Source: Deltaproteobacteria bacterium
Lineage (GTDB): Bacteria > Myxococcota_A > UBA796 > SXON01
NCBI GenBank assembly: GCA_947490345.1
Contig: CANLGL010000001.1
Span: 17,399-81,398 of the forward strand
DNA: 64,000 bases
Direction: 5' to 3'
The position numbers and the translations under genes are program-made. A model generated the notes under the pieces. It was not told the DNA's origin. It was given only the letters and a program-made list of their open reading frames with translations, and did not search any database. Below, in pieces: positions 18,921 through 28,541 of the stretch (position 1 is its first letter; each line of letters begins with the position of its first letter).

Positions 18921-21500
18921 TCAGAACTCGGCGCGCACACCCAGGAAGGGGCGGGTGGGCAGGTGGGCGAGCATCGTGTCCACGCGTTCCCCGTCCTCGA
19001 CCGAGACGATCGGCAAGAAGTCGTTCTGGGCATAGGTCACGTTGAGGACCTCCATGTACACGCTCCATCGCATCTTCAGAAACGCGCGCCGCCACTCCAG
19101 GCGAAGATCGAGCTGGTGAAAGTTGGAGAGCTCTTCGTCGTTGAGCCCGGTGAGCGCCACGGTGTCCGCACCAGCAACCTCGACCGAGCTCATCGGCCGA
19201 CCGGAGTGGTAGTCGTAGCGGGCGCCGAGCCGCCACTCAGGCGCCACCTGCACCTCGGCGCTGACCCCGAGCGTCAGGTCCTGAACGTGACCGGGAACAG
19301 TCGTCTTGGCGTACACTTCGTTGAGCGGATTGAACCGTTCGGCGCTGAGCCAGCCGGCGTTGAACGTTGCTTCCCACCGGTCCCATCGCGTCGCGATGAT
19401 CACATCGACGCCCGCGTTGTGGCCGGTTCCACGGTTGGAATAGCCTGGCGTGGCGCTGGATGACACGTCTGGGTTCACCACGAGGTCCCACATCCAACTG
19501 TAGTAGCCCTCGACGCGGACAAAACTCCCCTGACCAAGCGGGACCCCCTGATCGAGCCCGACCACCAGATGAGCCGCTTTCTCCGAGCGGATGTCGGGAT
19601 TGCCGTACGTCGGGTCGATCACCAGCGGATCCTCGACGACGTGGTGGTACAGGCCCCCGGACACCTTGGGGATGGTGGCACTCGGCAGCGGCACCGAGAC
19701 GCCGGCGGAGGGGGAGAGCAGGAGCTCGTCGGCCCGCCCGACGTACGTGGCCCGCAGGCCCGTTCGCGTTCGGAGCGGTGTGGTTTCGGCGTCATCCCCG
19801 CCGTACCGATGTTCGGCGTACCCGCTGACCGTCGGGGAGAAGTCGGTCTGGGAGAGGGTGAGCTGCGGCAGGCCGAAATCGGCGAGGGGGCGGGCTGCCC
19901 ACGTCGGCAAGGTGCGGGTATCGTCCACCGGGCCATCGAAGGTCGTGCGTCGGCCCATCGCGCTCGCCCCCACAAGGAGCTTGTGCCGGGACCCCAGACC
20001 GAGCGCCAGGTCGGAGCGGCCGAAGAGCTGAAGGCGGTGGGTGGTCCGGTCGGCGGTGCCGGCGAAGTCGCGGAACATGGTCGAGTCGTCTGTCGAGACC
20101 GACAGGGTCGTCTGCACGCTTCCGCGCGCGCCCACCGGCGCCAGGTGATCCACCGTGGCCAGGTACAGCACATCGTTGAGGCGGAAGCTTCCGGGGATGG
20201 TGAACGTGCTGGTGTCCTCAGAGTCGACCAGCGCGAGCGAGTCGCTGGCCCGCATCAGGGTCAGCAAGAATCGGTGGCCGGCGGGACGCCAGGCGGCGCG
20301 GGCGCTGACCTCGTCGTACTCCGGGGCGGCGATGGCGGTGTCCAGTAGGTCCAGCGCCTGCATCACCCCGAAGTAGGCCTCCAGGTAGCTGCGGCGCGCC
20401 GCGACGGCGAAGGTGAAGTTGTCGCCGATGGGGCCCATCACCAGGCCGCGGACGGTGCTCATCGACAAGTCGACCGAGCCGTCCAGGTCGCGTGCGTCGT
20501 CCTTGGGGGCGCCGTCCCAGCTCTGGATGTCCAGGACGGCGGAGGTGGTGTCGGGGTACTCCGCCGGCGCCGCACTGGCGTGGAAACGCACCTTCTTGAC
20601 CATGTCCGGGTTGAAGAGGCTGTTGAAGCCGGCCAGGTGGTAGGGGTTGTCCAGCGGGACCCGGTCGAGAAGGAACACCACCTCGCCCGAGGTGAAGCCG
20701 CGGACTGAGAACGAGGACAGCACGTCGCCGTCGCTCGCGACGCCTGGGAGCTTGTGCACGGCCCGATTGACGTCCTCCAGCGCGCCCGGCGTGCTCTCGA
20801 TGTCGCGACGGGTGAGCTCGTAGACACCGGTCGTCGGCTCGAGGTCGGGCTTGCGCTCCGCTCGCTTTACCTCCCGCCAGTTATGTCGCGACGCGTAGAC
20901 GACGATCTCCTCCGCGGGGCCGTTGGAGACGAGCTCAACGACGAGCTCGCGGTTTTCGCCGCCGTGGACGTCCACCTCCAACCCCGCGGGCGCGAAGGCC
21001 GGGTGGGAGAGGGTGACCTTCCACCTTCCGCTAGACAAGAACGGCACCGTGGCGGTGCCGTCGGCGCCCACGTTGAGGTCGCGCACCGCCGTTCCGGGGC
21101 CGGTGAGGTGGAGCGCGACGTTCGGCACGTCCAGCCCATCGCCGTCGACCACGCGGATGCGGAGCGAAGCAGGCGCGGAGTTGCCGGTCTCGTCGGCGTG
21201 CTGGAGTCCGAAGGAGAACGCGAAGTCGACCGTGGCGGGGACCGGGGCGCCGGCGTCGTCGGTGGCGGGGGCGAAGCTCAGCAGGCGCGCCGCAGCGACG
21301 GCGGCCGCGTCTACATCCGCTCGCACCGGCTGGGTGACCGTCACCTCGGTGACCCGCCCTTCGGCGTCGACTGCGAGTCGTAAGACGACCGTGCCACCTA
21401 CCTTGTCCTGCACCGCTGCCGTCGGGTAGATCGGGCTGGACGAGATCGTCAGGACTGGGAGAGACGCGCCGAGCGCCAGGGTCCAGAGCAACAGCATCAT
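18921..21500 (-). CDS. TonB-dependent receptor with an N-terminal TonB-C-like domain and a carboxypeptidase-regulatory-like domain
   Basis: GGTVVLRLAVDAEGRVTEVTV...LLSFAPA is TonB_C-like. LRIRVVDGDGLDVPNVALHL is CarbopepD_reg-like. Plug motif SFSVRGFTSGEVVFLLDRVPLDNP. The barrel ends in ...FLGVRAEF. Its start overlaps the stop of the KS gene (ATGA). Confidence 0.85.
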   Translation of the reverse strand: MMLLLWTLALGASLPVLTISSSPIYPTAAVQDKVGGTVVLRLAVDAEGRVTEVTVTQPVRADVDAAAVAAARLLSFAPATDDAGAPVPATVDFAFSFGLQHADETGNSAPASLRIRVVDGDGLDVPNVALHLTGPGTAVRDLNVGADGTATVPFLSSGRWKVTLSHPAFAPAGLEVDVHGGENRELVVELVSNGPAEEIVVYASRHNWREVKRAERKPDLEPTTGVYELTRRDIESTPGALEDVNRAVHKLPGVASDGDVLSSFSVRGFTSGEVVFLLDRVPLDNPYHLAGFNSLFNPDMVKKVRFHASAAPAEYPDTTSAVLDIQSWDGAPKDDARDLDGSVDLSMSTVRGLVMGPIGDNFTFAVAARRSYLEAYFGVMQALDLLDTAIAAPEYDEVSARAAWRPAGHRFLLTLMRASDSLALVDSEDTSTFTIPGSFRLNDVLYLATVDHLAPVGARGSVQTTLSVSTDDSTMFRDFAGTADRTTHRLQLFGRSDLALGLGSRHKLLVGASAMGRRTTFDGPVDDTRTLPTWAARPLADFGLPQLTLSQTDFSPTVSGYAEHRYGGDDAETTPLRTRTGLRATYVGRADELLLSPSAGVSVPLPSATIPKVSGGLYHHVVEDPLVIDPTYGNPDIRSEKAAHLVVGLDQGVPLGQGSFVRVEGYYSWMWDLVVNPDVSSSATPGYSNRGTGHNAGVDVIIATRWDRWEATFNAGWLSAERFNPLNEVYAKTTVPGHVQDLTLGVSAEVQVAPEWRLGARYDYHSGRPMSSVEVAGADTVALTGLNDEELSNFHQLDLRLEWRRAFLKMRWSVYMEVLNVTYAQNDFLPIVSVEDGERVDTMLAHLPTRPFLGVRAEF

Positions 21501-23470
21501 CCGCCGACCTCGAGCCAGGCGCCAGGGCCGGCGAGGCTTCCGACACCGGCGGAGACCAGAGCCGCTAACGCTGCCGCTTCCGCGCCCGCGCCCAGTCCAA
21601 ATCGGTCATCCCAGGCGCGCCGCGCCGGCGTGTGGTCGCGCTCGTCCGGCCACGGCTGGCGGCGGTGCCACGCCTCCGCCGGGGCGCCACCGTCGTGCCA
21701 GCGGATGCGCACACCTTCGGTGGCCTCGCCAGTTGACGGGGCGAGCAGGAAGGCGGCCGCGCCCTCCCCCCAGGTTCCGCCGACTCCCAGCGCCGAGATC
21801 CCGTCGCGCACCTCGGGGCAAAGGTCCTCGGCGATGACGACCAGCGCTGGTTTGCCGGTGAGCAGCACGCGACACATCGCGCGCTCCATCGTGCGCCACA
21901 CTGTCGCCACGCCTCCCATCAGCGTTTCCGAGTGGCCGCGCAGGCCCAACTCGATCGAGAGGTGCGCGGCGGGCGCGTTGTGCACCGAGTTCTGGAAGGC
22001 GAGGGGACTGGCGAGCGCGGCGCCACCGAGCCAGTAGCTGCGCAAAAACGCCACCGAGGAGCCGAACTCCCCGCCGTTGAGCCCGACGAAGAGCGCGATG
22101 TCGGAGCCGCGTTCGACCAGGGGTTCGGCCACCACGGCCACGAGTCGCGCTAGGCGGCTGAGGCGACGCCACCCGCTCGCGGACCACCCTTGGGGCCGCT
22201 GGGGATCGGGCGCGAGGCGGAAGTTTGTTTCCACGCTGTCATTCGCAAACAATCTCGCGTCCCCGCCGTGGCAGGACCACGATCGCACGCCGCGAACGCT
22301 CACCTCAAGAGGGGTGGCGCGCGGCGAGTCCTGGTCCGAAGGGGAGCCTTCGTCCGCCCACGCCCGTAGCGCCAACGCCGCATTGTGCCCCCCGAAGGCA
22401 AGGTTCAGGGAGAGCCCCACCCGCTGTGGATGGGGCCGCACCTCGTCTGCGACCTTGGTCCCGTCGAGCGGCTCGACCAGCCCCGCCACCGGTGGCACCA
22501 CCCCCGCCGACATCGACTGCGCCAAGAAAACCGCCTCGATCACGCCCGCCGCCCCGAGGGTGTGGCCAGTGGCCGCCTTCGTCGCGGAAACCAGCGCTCC
22601 CGGACACAGGGCCGCCAGCAGCGCCGCCTCGGCCACATCGTTGTGGAGGGTTCCGGTGGCGTGGGCGTTGACATGGTCCACGCGAGCCGCCACCACCGCA
22701 CCCAACGCCGCCTGAATCGCGCCGCGAAGGCCACGCCCCCCTGGATCCGGCGCGGTGAGGTGGTGAGCATCGGTTGCGACGCCGACGCCCAGCAGCTCGA
22801 TCACACCCCGTTGCCAGGGCTCGACCAACACCCAGCCGGCGCCCTCCCCGATGTTCATTCCGTGGCGCCGCGCCGAGAACGGGCGGCACCGCTCGCCGTC
22901 GTAGACCCCGAGTGACCGGAAGCCGAAGAGCGTCGTTCGGCACAGGGCGTCCACCCCGACCACCAGCGCCCGCGTCGCTCGCCCCGCGCGGACCAGATCG
23001 GCGCCCACCCCGATGGCCACGGTGCCGCTGGTGCAGGCTGTCGAGACCGCGAGGACCGGACCCGTTGCGCCCACCTGCGCCGCGATCGCCTCCGCGACAC
23101 CGTGCAGCCGCGCATCCCAGAAGAAAGCACGCGGGGCCGACAGCGGCTCGCCGCGCACGTACTCCTGGACGACGAGCTCGCCTTCCACCATCGCCCCGGC
23201 GGTGGTGGCGACGACGACGGCCAGCCCACGCCCGTCGAACTCGACGCCGGCCAGGGCGGCGAGGGCCAGGCCGACCCCCCTGGGGAGCGGCACGGGATCG
23301 GCCACCGGCGCTAGCGGCCCCAGCAGCGCGGCGCCATCGGCGTCCTCGAGCCAGCCGAGACCTGCGGGGGTCTCTTTCAGGCCGGTGCCACCGGCGCACA
23401 GGCGTTCGAAGCCGGCCTGCGTGGTTCCCAGCGCGGTCAGCGTGCCCCAGCCGCCCAGTTGCAGACGCAT
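21497..23470 (-). CDS. Fused beta-ketoacyl synthase (active KS) plus CLF-like (KS N-terminal-like, Cys-less) domain
   Basis: The N-terminal half has VSTACTSGTVAIG (Cys), DAHHLTAP, NAHATGT (His) and GHTLGAAG (His). The C-terminal half has FQNSVHNAPAAHLSIELGLRG but no active-site Cys. Confidence 0.8.
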   Translation of the reverse strand: MRLQLGGWGTLTALGTTQAGFERLCAGGTGLKETPAGLGWLEDADGAALLGPLAPVADPVPLPRGVGLALAALAGVEFDGRGLAVVVATTAGAMVEGELVVQEYVRGEPLSAPRAFFWDARLHGVAEAIAAQVGATGPVLAVSTACTSGTVAIGVGADLVRAGRATRALVVGVDALCRTTLFGFRSLGVYDGERCRPFSARRHGMNIGEGAGWVLVEPWQRGVIELLGVGVATDAHHLTAPDPGGRGLRGAIQAALGAVVAARVDHVNAHATGTLHNDVAEAALLAALCPGALVSATKAATGHTLGAAGVIEAVFLAQSMSAGVVPPVAGLVEPLDGTKVADEVRPHPQRVGLSLNLAFGGHNAALALRAWADEGSPSDQDSPRATPLEVSVRGVRSWSCHGGDARLFANDSVETNFRLAPDPQRPQGWSASGWRRLSRLARLVAVVAEPLVERGSDIALFVGLNGGEFGSSVAFLRSYWLGGAALASPLAFQNSVHNAPAAHLSIELGLRGHSETLMGGVATVWRTMERAMCRVLLTGKPALVVIAEDLCPEVRDGISALGVGGTWGEGAAAFLLAPSTGEATEGVRIRWHDGGAPAEAWHRRQPWPDERDHTPARRAWDDRFGLGAGAEAAALAALVSAGVGSLAGPGAWLEVGG

Positions 23471-23479
23471 CGCGCCGGC

Positions 23480-26400
23480 CTATCCCGCGACGACTTCAAC
23501 CCGGCTGGTGCCGAGGCCGGTGGGGACGATGTCCACCCGGGCGCCGACCCTCTCGGCAAGGCCGGGGACGTGCGAGATGATGCCGATGGTGCGACCCCGC
23601 TGCTGGAGCGACTCCAGCATCGAGAGCGCCTGGTCGAGCGCCTTGGGATCGAGGGCGCCGAAGCCTTCGTCGATGAACAGGCAGTTCACGGGTTGGCGTC
23701 GGGCAGCGACGTTGGAGAGCCCCAGTGCCATCGCCAACGAGAGCAAGAACGTTTCGCCCCCCGAGAGGGTGTTGACGCCGCGCGCTTCGTTGGCGCGTTC
23801 GCGGTCGATCACCTGCAGGTCCAGGGGGCTGCGGGCGACGCCTTCGAGTTGGTACCGGGGGGCCAGTTCATCCAGAACATGGTTGGCTTCTTCGAGCAGG
23901 CGGGCGAGCGTCAGGGCCTGGGCGAACGAGCGGAGGGTCTTCCCCCTGGCGTCGCCGATGGTGTCCCTCAGCTCGATCCAGGCTTCGACGTCCGCGCGTG
24001 CTGGCCCCAGGGCGCGATCCCGGCGTTCGTAGTCCTCCCGGCGCGCTTGATCAGCGGCGAGCGTCGCCTGGGCGGTGCCGATTTCGACGAGCAACGCCGC
24101 GTTGGCGGCCTCCGCCGCGGCAAGCTGGTCGGAGAGCGGCGCACCGTCGGCGTCCGCGCCCGCGGGCGGGGCGCTCTCCAACTCCGCCAGGCGCCGGCGC
24201 GTGTCGGCGACGGCGAGGAGGGCCCGCGTCTGTCCGGCGCCGGCTTCGTTCCAGCGGCGGTGACCCTCGGTGGCCCATGCTTCCCCCCGGGCGAGGCTGG
24301 CGGCCACTTCGTCCTGCGAGAGTCCCACCGCGGCGAGCGCGGCGCGGAGGGTCTCCATCGCCACCGCATTTGCGACGTGGAGCGCGGGCCTGGCGTTGGT
24401 GTGGGCGTCGAGGACCGCCCCCGCTTCACCGGCTGCGGCGCGGGCCGCGGTGAGCTCCCGCCCTCGCTCCTCGCTGAGGGCTCGCGCCCGTTGGACCGGG
24501 CCGGCGAGTGAGGCCTCAAAGGCGTCGGCGGAGGCCTCATTCAGCGCACCCTTCCGCTGTTCCTGGAGCGACTCCAGTGTGTCGGCTGCCGCCCGCGACT
24601 CCGCGAGGGCGCGGTCGCGGTTCGCGACGGCGCCCAGAAGCTCGCTCTTCCTGATCGCCACGGACGTGGCCGCGGCGGCCAAGCCCTTCCCGAGGTCCTG
24701 GCGGGCGAGGGTGGTGGTGGTCGCTTCCGCCACTTCGGCAGCCAGTGCGGACCTGGCTCCGGCGCTTCGGTACCGGCTGGCCCAGTCGGGAAAGACACCA
24801 AGTGCCAGGGACAGTCGTTGCGCCAAGTCGTCTGCCCGCTGGCCGATCTCGCCGGTCTTGGCGACGCGGGCCAGGTGCTCGACGGTCAGCGTGCTGGCCA
24901 GCTGCTGTGCCTGCCGGAGCGTGGCCGCGGCCTGATCGGCCGTGGCCCGAGCCGCGTCGGCCGCCGTGGCGAGACGCTGGTAGTCCAGCGCCCGTTGGCG
25001 CTGCGCGCCGATCGCGGCCTCATGGGCGAGTTCGCGTGCCGCGAGCCAGGCGCGCGAGGCCGCGAGCGCGTCGGCCGATTCGGGCGTGCCGTGCTGCGCC
25101 GTCAACGCCAAGCGCTCCGCCGTCGCAGCCCGCATGGCCGCAGCGCTGGTGCGCGCTGAAAGCTCTGCCGCCTCGATGTGCGCTGCCTCGCCGCTGATCT
25201 CACGCGTTTTGGCATCCCGATGCACGCCAAGTTGGGAGACGCGGGCCAGGGCATCGGCCACCGCCTCGTCGAAGCGGGCGTCAGCTTGGATGTGGTGCTC
25301 GGTGGCGCCGCAGAGGGGGCATTCTTGCCCGGGCTGGAGCTGGAGCGCGGCACGGTGGGCGGAGAGGTCCTGACGTGCTTCGAGGGCGCGCAGTTGCTGT
25401 TTCGCTTCGTCGTGGCGCGCGTCGATCACCACGAGCTCGGCCCCGGCGGCTTGATGCCGGGCAGACGCAGCGACTCTGGTCTGCGCGGCTGCCCCGCCGG
25501 CCGTCTCGGCGTCGAGCACCCGCCGGTCGAGCGCCGCTGTCGCCTGCTGGAGCGCCTCAGCCGCTGCCAGCCGCTGCCGGGCGGCGTGGAGGTCGCCCGC
25601 CTGTGCCGCCAGGGCGGCCGCGACCACGGCCTCCTCGGGATCGACCGTGGCGTCGCGGGCGCGGCGGGCTTCAAGCGCGAGGTCGGCCGCCGCCTGGGCC
25701 GGGGCCTCGGCGTCGCGAGCGCATGCCGCCGCGGCATCCGCGGCGACCTTGGCTTTTTCTGTGGCGCGCGCCTCGTCCACGCCCGCCGCCAGGGTGCCGG
25801 CCCAGTCAGCCAGCAGCGGACCCGTCCCCGACCAGCCGGGCGCGAGCGCGACGGCATCCGGGTGCTCCGCGAGCCAGGCGTCGAGCTGGGCCAGCCGATG
25901 CGCTTTGTCCGCGGCGAGCTTCTCGGCGCCCGCCAGTCCTTCGCGTGCCTGGATCAGCCCCCGTTCGACGGCACCGAGCTTGTCCGACGCCGCGACACCC
26001 GCCGCGGTGGCGGCCTGCACCAGCGCGTCGAGCCGCCGCGCCGCCTTCAGCGGCTCCGCACCTTCCTCTTGTGCGCGCACCGCCCCCCGCAGGGCCTCGT
26101 TGACTTCGCCGAGCTTGGCCTCGGCCGGGGCCACCGCGGCCAACGCATTGGCCCGGGCCTTCTCGAGATCAGGTGTCGCGTCATCATGGCGCTGCAAGGC
26201 CGTTGCCGCCTGGTCCGCGACGGCGAGAGGTCCCGACACCCTCCCGGCGCGGTCGGCGACGTCGAGCTGCACGCGAAGGTCCTCGAGGGCAATTACAGCT
26301 TCCGTCGCCTCGGCGGCGGTGCTCTCGAATCGGACGAGCTCAGCCGCCAAGGATGCTCTCGCGTCGTGCCAGACCTTCGCCGCCTGCAGCCGGTGCAGCA

Positions 26401-27148
26401 GGACCGAAGCGCCCGACAGCGCTCCGCGCCGGTCGGACAGTCGGTTTGAGAGGGCGTCGCGCTCGACGTCTGGCATGCGGACGATTCCCCGGAGCGCGGC
26501 CAGTTCTTCCCGCAGGCCCGCTTCGACCGCGGTGGCCCTGAGGTACGCGATTCGCGAAAGGTCGGAGTACAGTTCGGAGTGGGTGATCCACTCCAGTGCC
26601 TCGCCGCGCGCGTCGGCTTTGGCGTGCAGCATTCGCGCGAAATCGCCTTGAGCGAGGAGCACACTTTGGGCGAATGCTTTGAAGTCGAGCCCGAGCACCT
26701 CGACAATGCGCGCCAGGGTCTCGGTTTTGCGGCCACCTTCGGTGGTGGAGGACCCCACCCGACGCAGCGTGATCGCGGGGTTGTCGAACCCGCCCACCCG
26801 CGGCCGCCTCCGGACCGACCATTGCGCGACGTAGCGGACCTCGTCGATGCCGGTGAACTCCACCTCGGCCGAGGCCGCGTCGCAACCCCGGCGTACCAGC
26901 CGGCGCGCGTCGTGAATCCCATACGCGTCGGCACCGTCGCCGACCTCGGCGCCGCCTGGCCCATGGAGCCGCGGGGTGTCGTCGTAGAGGGCCAGGCAAA
27001 GCGCGTCGAGCACCGTGCTTTTGCCGGAGCCGGTGGGGCCCGTGATCGCGAACAGCCCGAGCTGGGCCAGCGGACCCTCGTCGAGGACGATCTCGAACGG
27101 CGCTTCGAGCGACGCCAGGTTGCGACCGGCGATGCGGTGGAGCTTCAC
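23480..27148 (-). CDS. sbcC: Exonuclease SbcC (SMC-like ATPase)
   Basis: Walker A GPTGSGKSTVLDA, long coiled coils, zinc hook GQECPLCG, signature LSGGETFLLSLA and Walker B LFIDEGFG. The GTG start overlaps the sbcD stop (GTGA). Confidence 0.9.
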   Translation of the reverse strand: MKLHRIAGRNLASLEAPFEIVLDEGPLAQLGLFAITGPTGSGKSTVLDALCLALYDDTPRLHGPGGAEVGDGADAYGIHDARRLVRRGCDAASAEVEFTGIDEVRYVAQWSVRRRPRVGGFDNPAITLRRVGSSTTEGGRKTETLARIVEVLGLDFKAFAQSVLLAQGDFARMLHAKADARGEALEWITHSELYSDLSRIAYLRATAVEAGLREELAALRGIVRMPDVERDALSNRLSDRRGALSGASVLLHRLQAAKVWHDARASLAAELVRFESTAAEATEAVIALEDLRVQLDVADRAGRVSGPLAVADQAATALQRHDDATPDLEKARANALAAVAPAEAKLGEVNEALRGAVRAQEEGAEPLKAARRLDALVQAATAAGVAASDKLGAVERGLIQAREGLAGAEKLAADKAHRLAQLDAWLAEHPDAVALAPGWSGTGPLLADWAGTLAAGVDEARATEKAKVAADAAAACARDAEAPAQAAADLALEARRARDATVDPEEAVVAAALAAQAGDLHAARQRLAAAEALQQATAALDRRVLDAETAGGAAAQTRVAASARHQAAGAELVVIDARHDEAKQQLRALEARQDLSAHRAALQLQPGQECPLCGATEHHIQADARFDEAVADALARVSQLGVHRDAKTREISGEAAHIEAAELSARTSAAAMRAATAERLALTAQHGTPESADALAASRAWLAARELAHEAAIGAQRQRALDYQRLATAADAARATADQAAATLRQAQQLASTLTVEHLARVAKTGEIGQRADDLAQRLSLALGVFPDWASRYRSAGARSALAAEVAEATTTTLARQDLGKGLAAAATSVAIRKSELLGAVANRDRALAESRAAADTLESLQEQRKGALNEASADAFEASLAGPVQRARALSEERGRELTAARAAAGEAGAVLDAHTNARPALHVANAVAMETLRAALAAVGLSQDEVAASLARGEAWATEGHRRWNEAGAGQTRALLAVADTRRRLAELESAPPAGADADGAPLSDQLAAAEAANAALLVEIGTAQATLAADQARREDYERRDRALGPARADVEAWIELRDTIGDARGKTLRSFAQALTLARLLEEANHVLDELAPRYQLEGVARSPLDLQVIDRERANEARGVNTLSGGETFLLSLAMALGLSNVAARRQPVNCLFIDEGFGALDPKALDQALSMLESLQQRGRTIGIISHVPGLAERVGARVDIVPTGLGTSRVEVVAG

Positions 27149-28404
27149 GGCGCACCCCCGTTCCGTGCAAGGTCCAGGACCTGGCGGAATCGGCTGAGCA
27201 CTGCCTCCGTTGGCGGCCCACCCCGCTCCCGCTCCCAGTAGTCGAGGAAGATCGCCTCCGGCTCGACCTCGGCCAGGCTGTCCTTCGCGAGGTGGGCTGG
27301 GAGTCGACTGGGTGGCCTGGGCGTGGCGTCCAGGAGGCGGGCGAGGTGGGCGCCGCGGCCGACCAGCGCCTCGTCGATCTGCGCGCGCAGGTTCGGGATG
27401 CGCACGGTGTCGGTGACGACGACATCAAGGAACGGGAGGTCGGACAATCCCTGATTGGGGACGCGGGGGGGCAACGCCTGCAGTTCTGCCAGCACCTCCG
27501 CGAGCGAGGCGGCGGTGCGCTCCTGGGGGATGCGCCAGAACGGAACGGTCCGCGGGATCGGGTGGGAGCGGACGATGGCCGGGCTGCCGCCCGCCAGTTC
27601 CACGGAGAGCACCTGGTGGGTGTAGGTGCGCTCGTCGAGGGCGAGCGGAATCGGCGACCCGCAGTACCGAACATGGTCGCGCCCGCCGACCCGCTGGGCC
27701 AGGTGGAGGTGCCCCAGGGCGACGTAGTCCACGTCGTCGGCGAACATCGTGGCCGGCAGTGCGGCTTCGTTCCCGAGCTGGACCTTGCGTTCGCTGCCGG
27801 AGCTGGCCTGCGCCGCCTCGAACCAGGCGTGTCCCATCGCGATGAGCGCCTGCCCCGGCTGACGCGCCGCGCGCGCGCAGGTAAGCGCCTCGTCGTACAG
27901 CGCGCGGACCGCCTGGACCACGCCGTCCGCGCTACCCAGCGCTGCCGACGGCAGGTCCTGCAACCGGATGAACGGCATCGCCACGACCCAGGCGGCAACG
28001 GCTCCGGAGGCGTCGGTCAGCGGGACGACCAGTCGGCCCACGTCGATCGCGCCGGTCGCGTCGCGTGGCACGGCGCCGACGACCCGCACGCCGAGCTCTT
28101 CAAGCAGGCTGCGCGGCGCGTCGAGCCGATGGCCGGAATCGTGGTTGCCCCCGGTCACCACGACCGCCACGGACGGAAGGGCAACCCGGAGACGCCGGAG
28201 GAAACTGTAGTACGCGGCCTGGGCGCGGGCGGACGGATTGGCGCTGTCGAAGATGTCCCCCGCGATGAGCACGGCGTCGGCGCGCTCGGCCACCGCGTGG
28301 GCGACCAGCCACTCCAAAAAGGCGTGATGTTCCTGGTCACGTTCCCGATCATGGAGGGTGTGGCCGAGATGCCAGTCCGAGGTGTGCAAGAGGCGCAAGG
28401 GCAT
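27145..28404 (-). CDS. sbcD: Exonuclease SbcD (Mre11-type phosphoesterase)
   Basis: MPLRLLHTSDWHLGH, IAGDIFD, VVVTGGNHD and ALGHLH are calcineurin-like phosphoesterase motifs. An alternative start lies at 28422. Confidence 0.9.
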   Translation of the reverse strand: MPLRLLHTSDWHLGHTLHDRERDQEHHAFLEWLVAHAVAERADAVLIAGDIFDSANPSARAQAAYYSFLRRLRVALPSVAVVVTGGNHDSGHRLDAPRSLLEELGVRVVGAVPRDATGAIDVGRLVVPLTDASGAVAAWVVAMPFIRLQDLPSAALGSADGVVQAVRALYDEALTCARAARQPGQALIAMGHAWFEAAQASSGSERKVQLGNEAALPATMFADDVDYVALGHLHLAQRVGGRDHVRYCGSPIPLALDERTYTHQVLSVELAGGSPAIVRSHPIPRTVPFWRIPQERTAASLAEVLAELQALPPRVPNQGLSDLPFLDVVVTDTVRIPNLRAQIDEALVGRGAHLARLLDATPRPPSRLPAHLAKDSLAEVEPEAIFLDYWERERGGPPTEAVLSRFRQVLDLARNGGAP

Positions 28405-28541
28405 GGGGCGTCCGAACCCCACCCCGCTATCGCCTGGGGGTGCCAGAAAATGGTTGGATCGGGGGGAGCCGGCGATTGCGAAAGCGGGCGCAGGTTCTCA
28501 TCACGCCGCGCACTCGGCAGGGCGTGAGATATATCGCCAGA

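Noticed and set aside
23480-28404. The sbcC/sbcD pair considered as an SMC-type anti-phage system (Lamassu-, Wadjet- or Gabija-like).
   Set aside because: Sizes, the CPLCG zinc hook, the Mre11 phosphoesterase motifs and the GTGA-coupled sbcD-sbcC order are those of canonical SbcCD. No accessory defence genes are attached.
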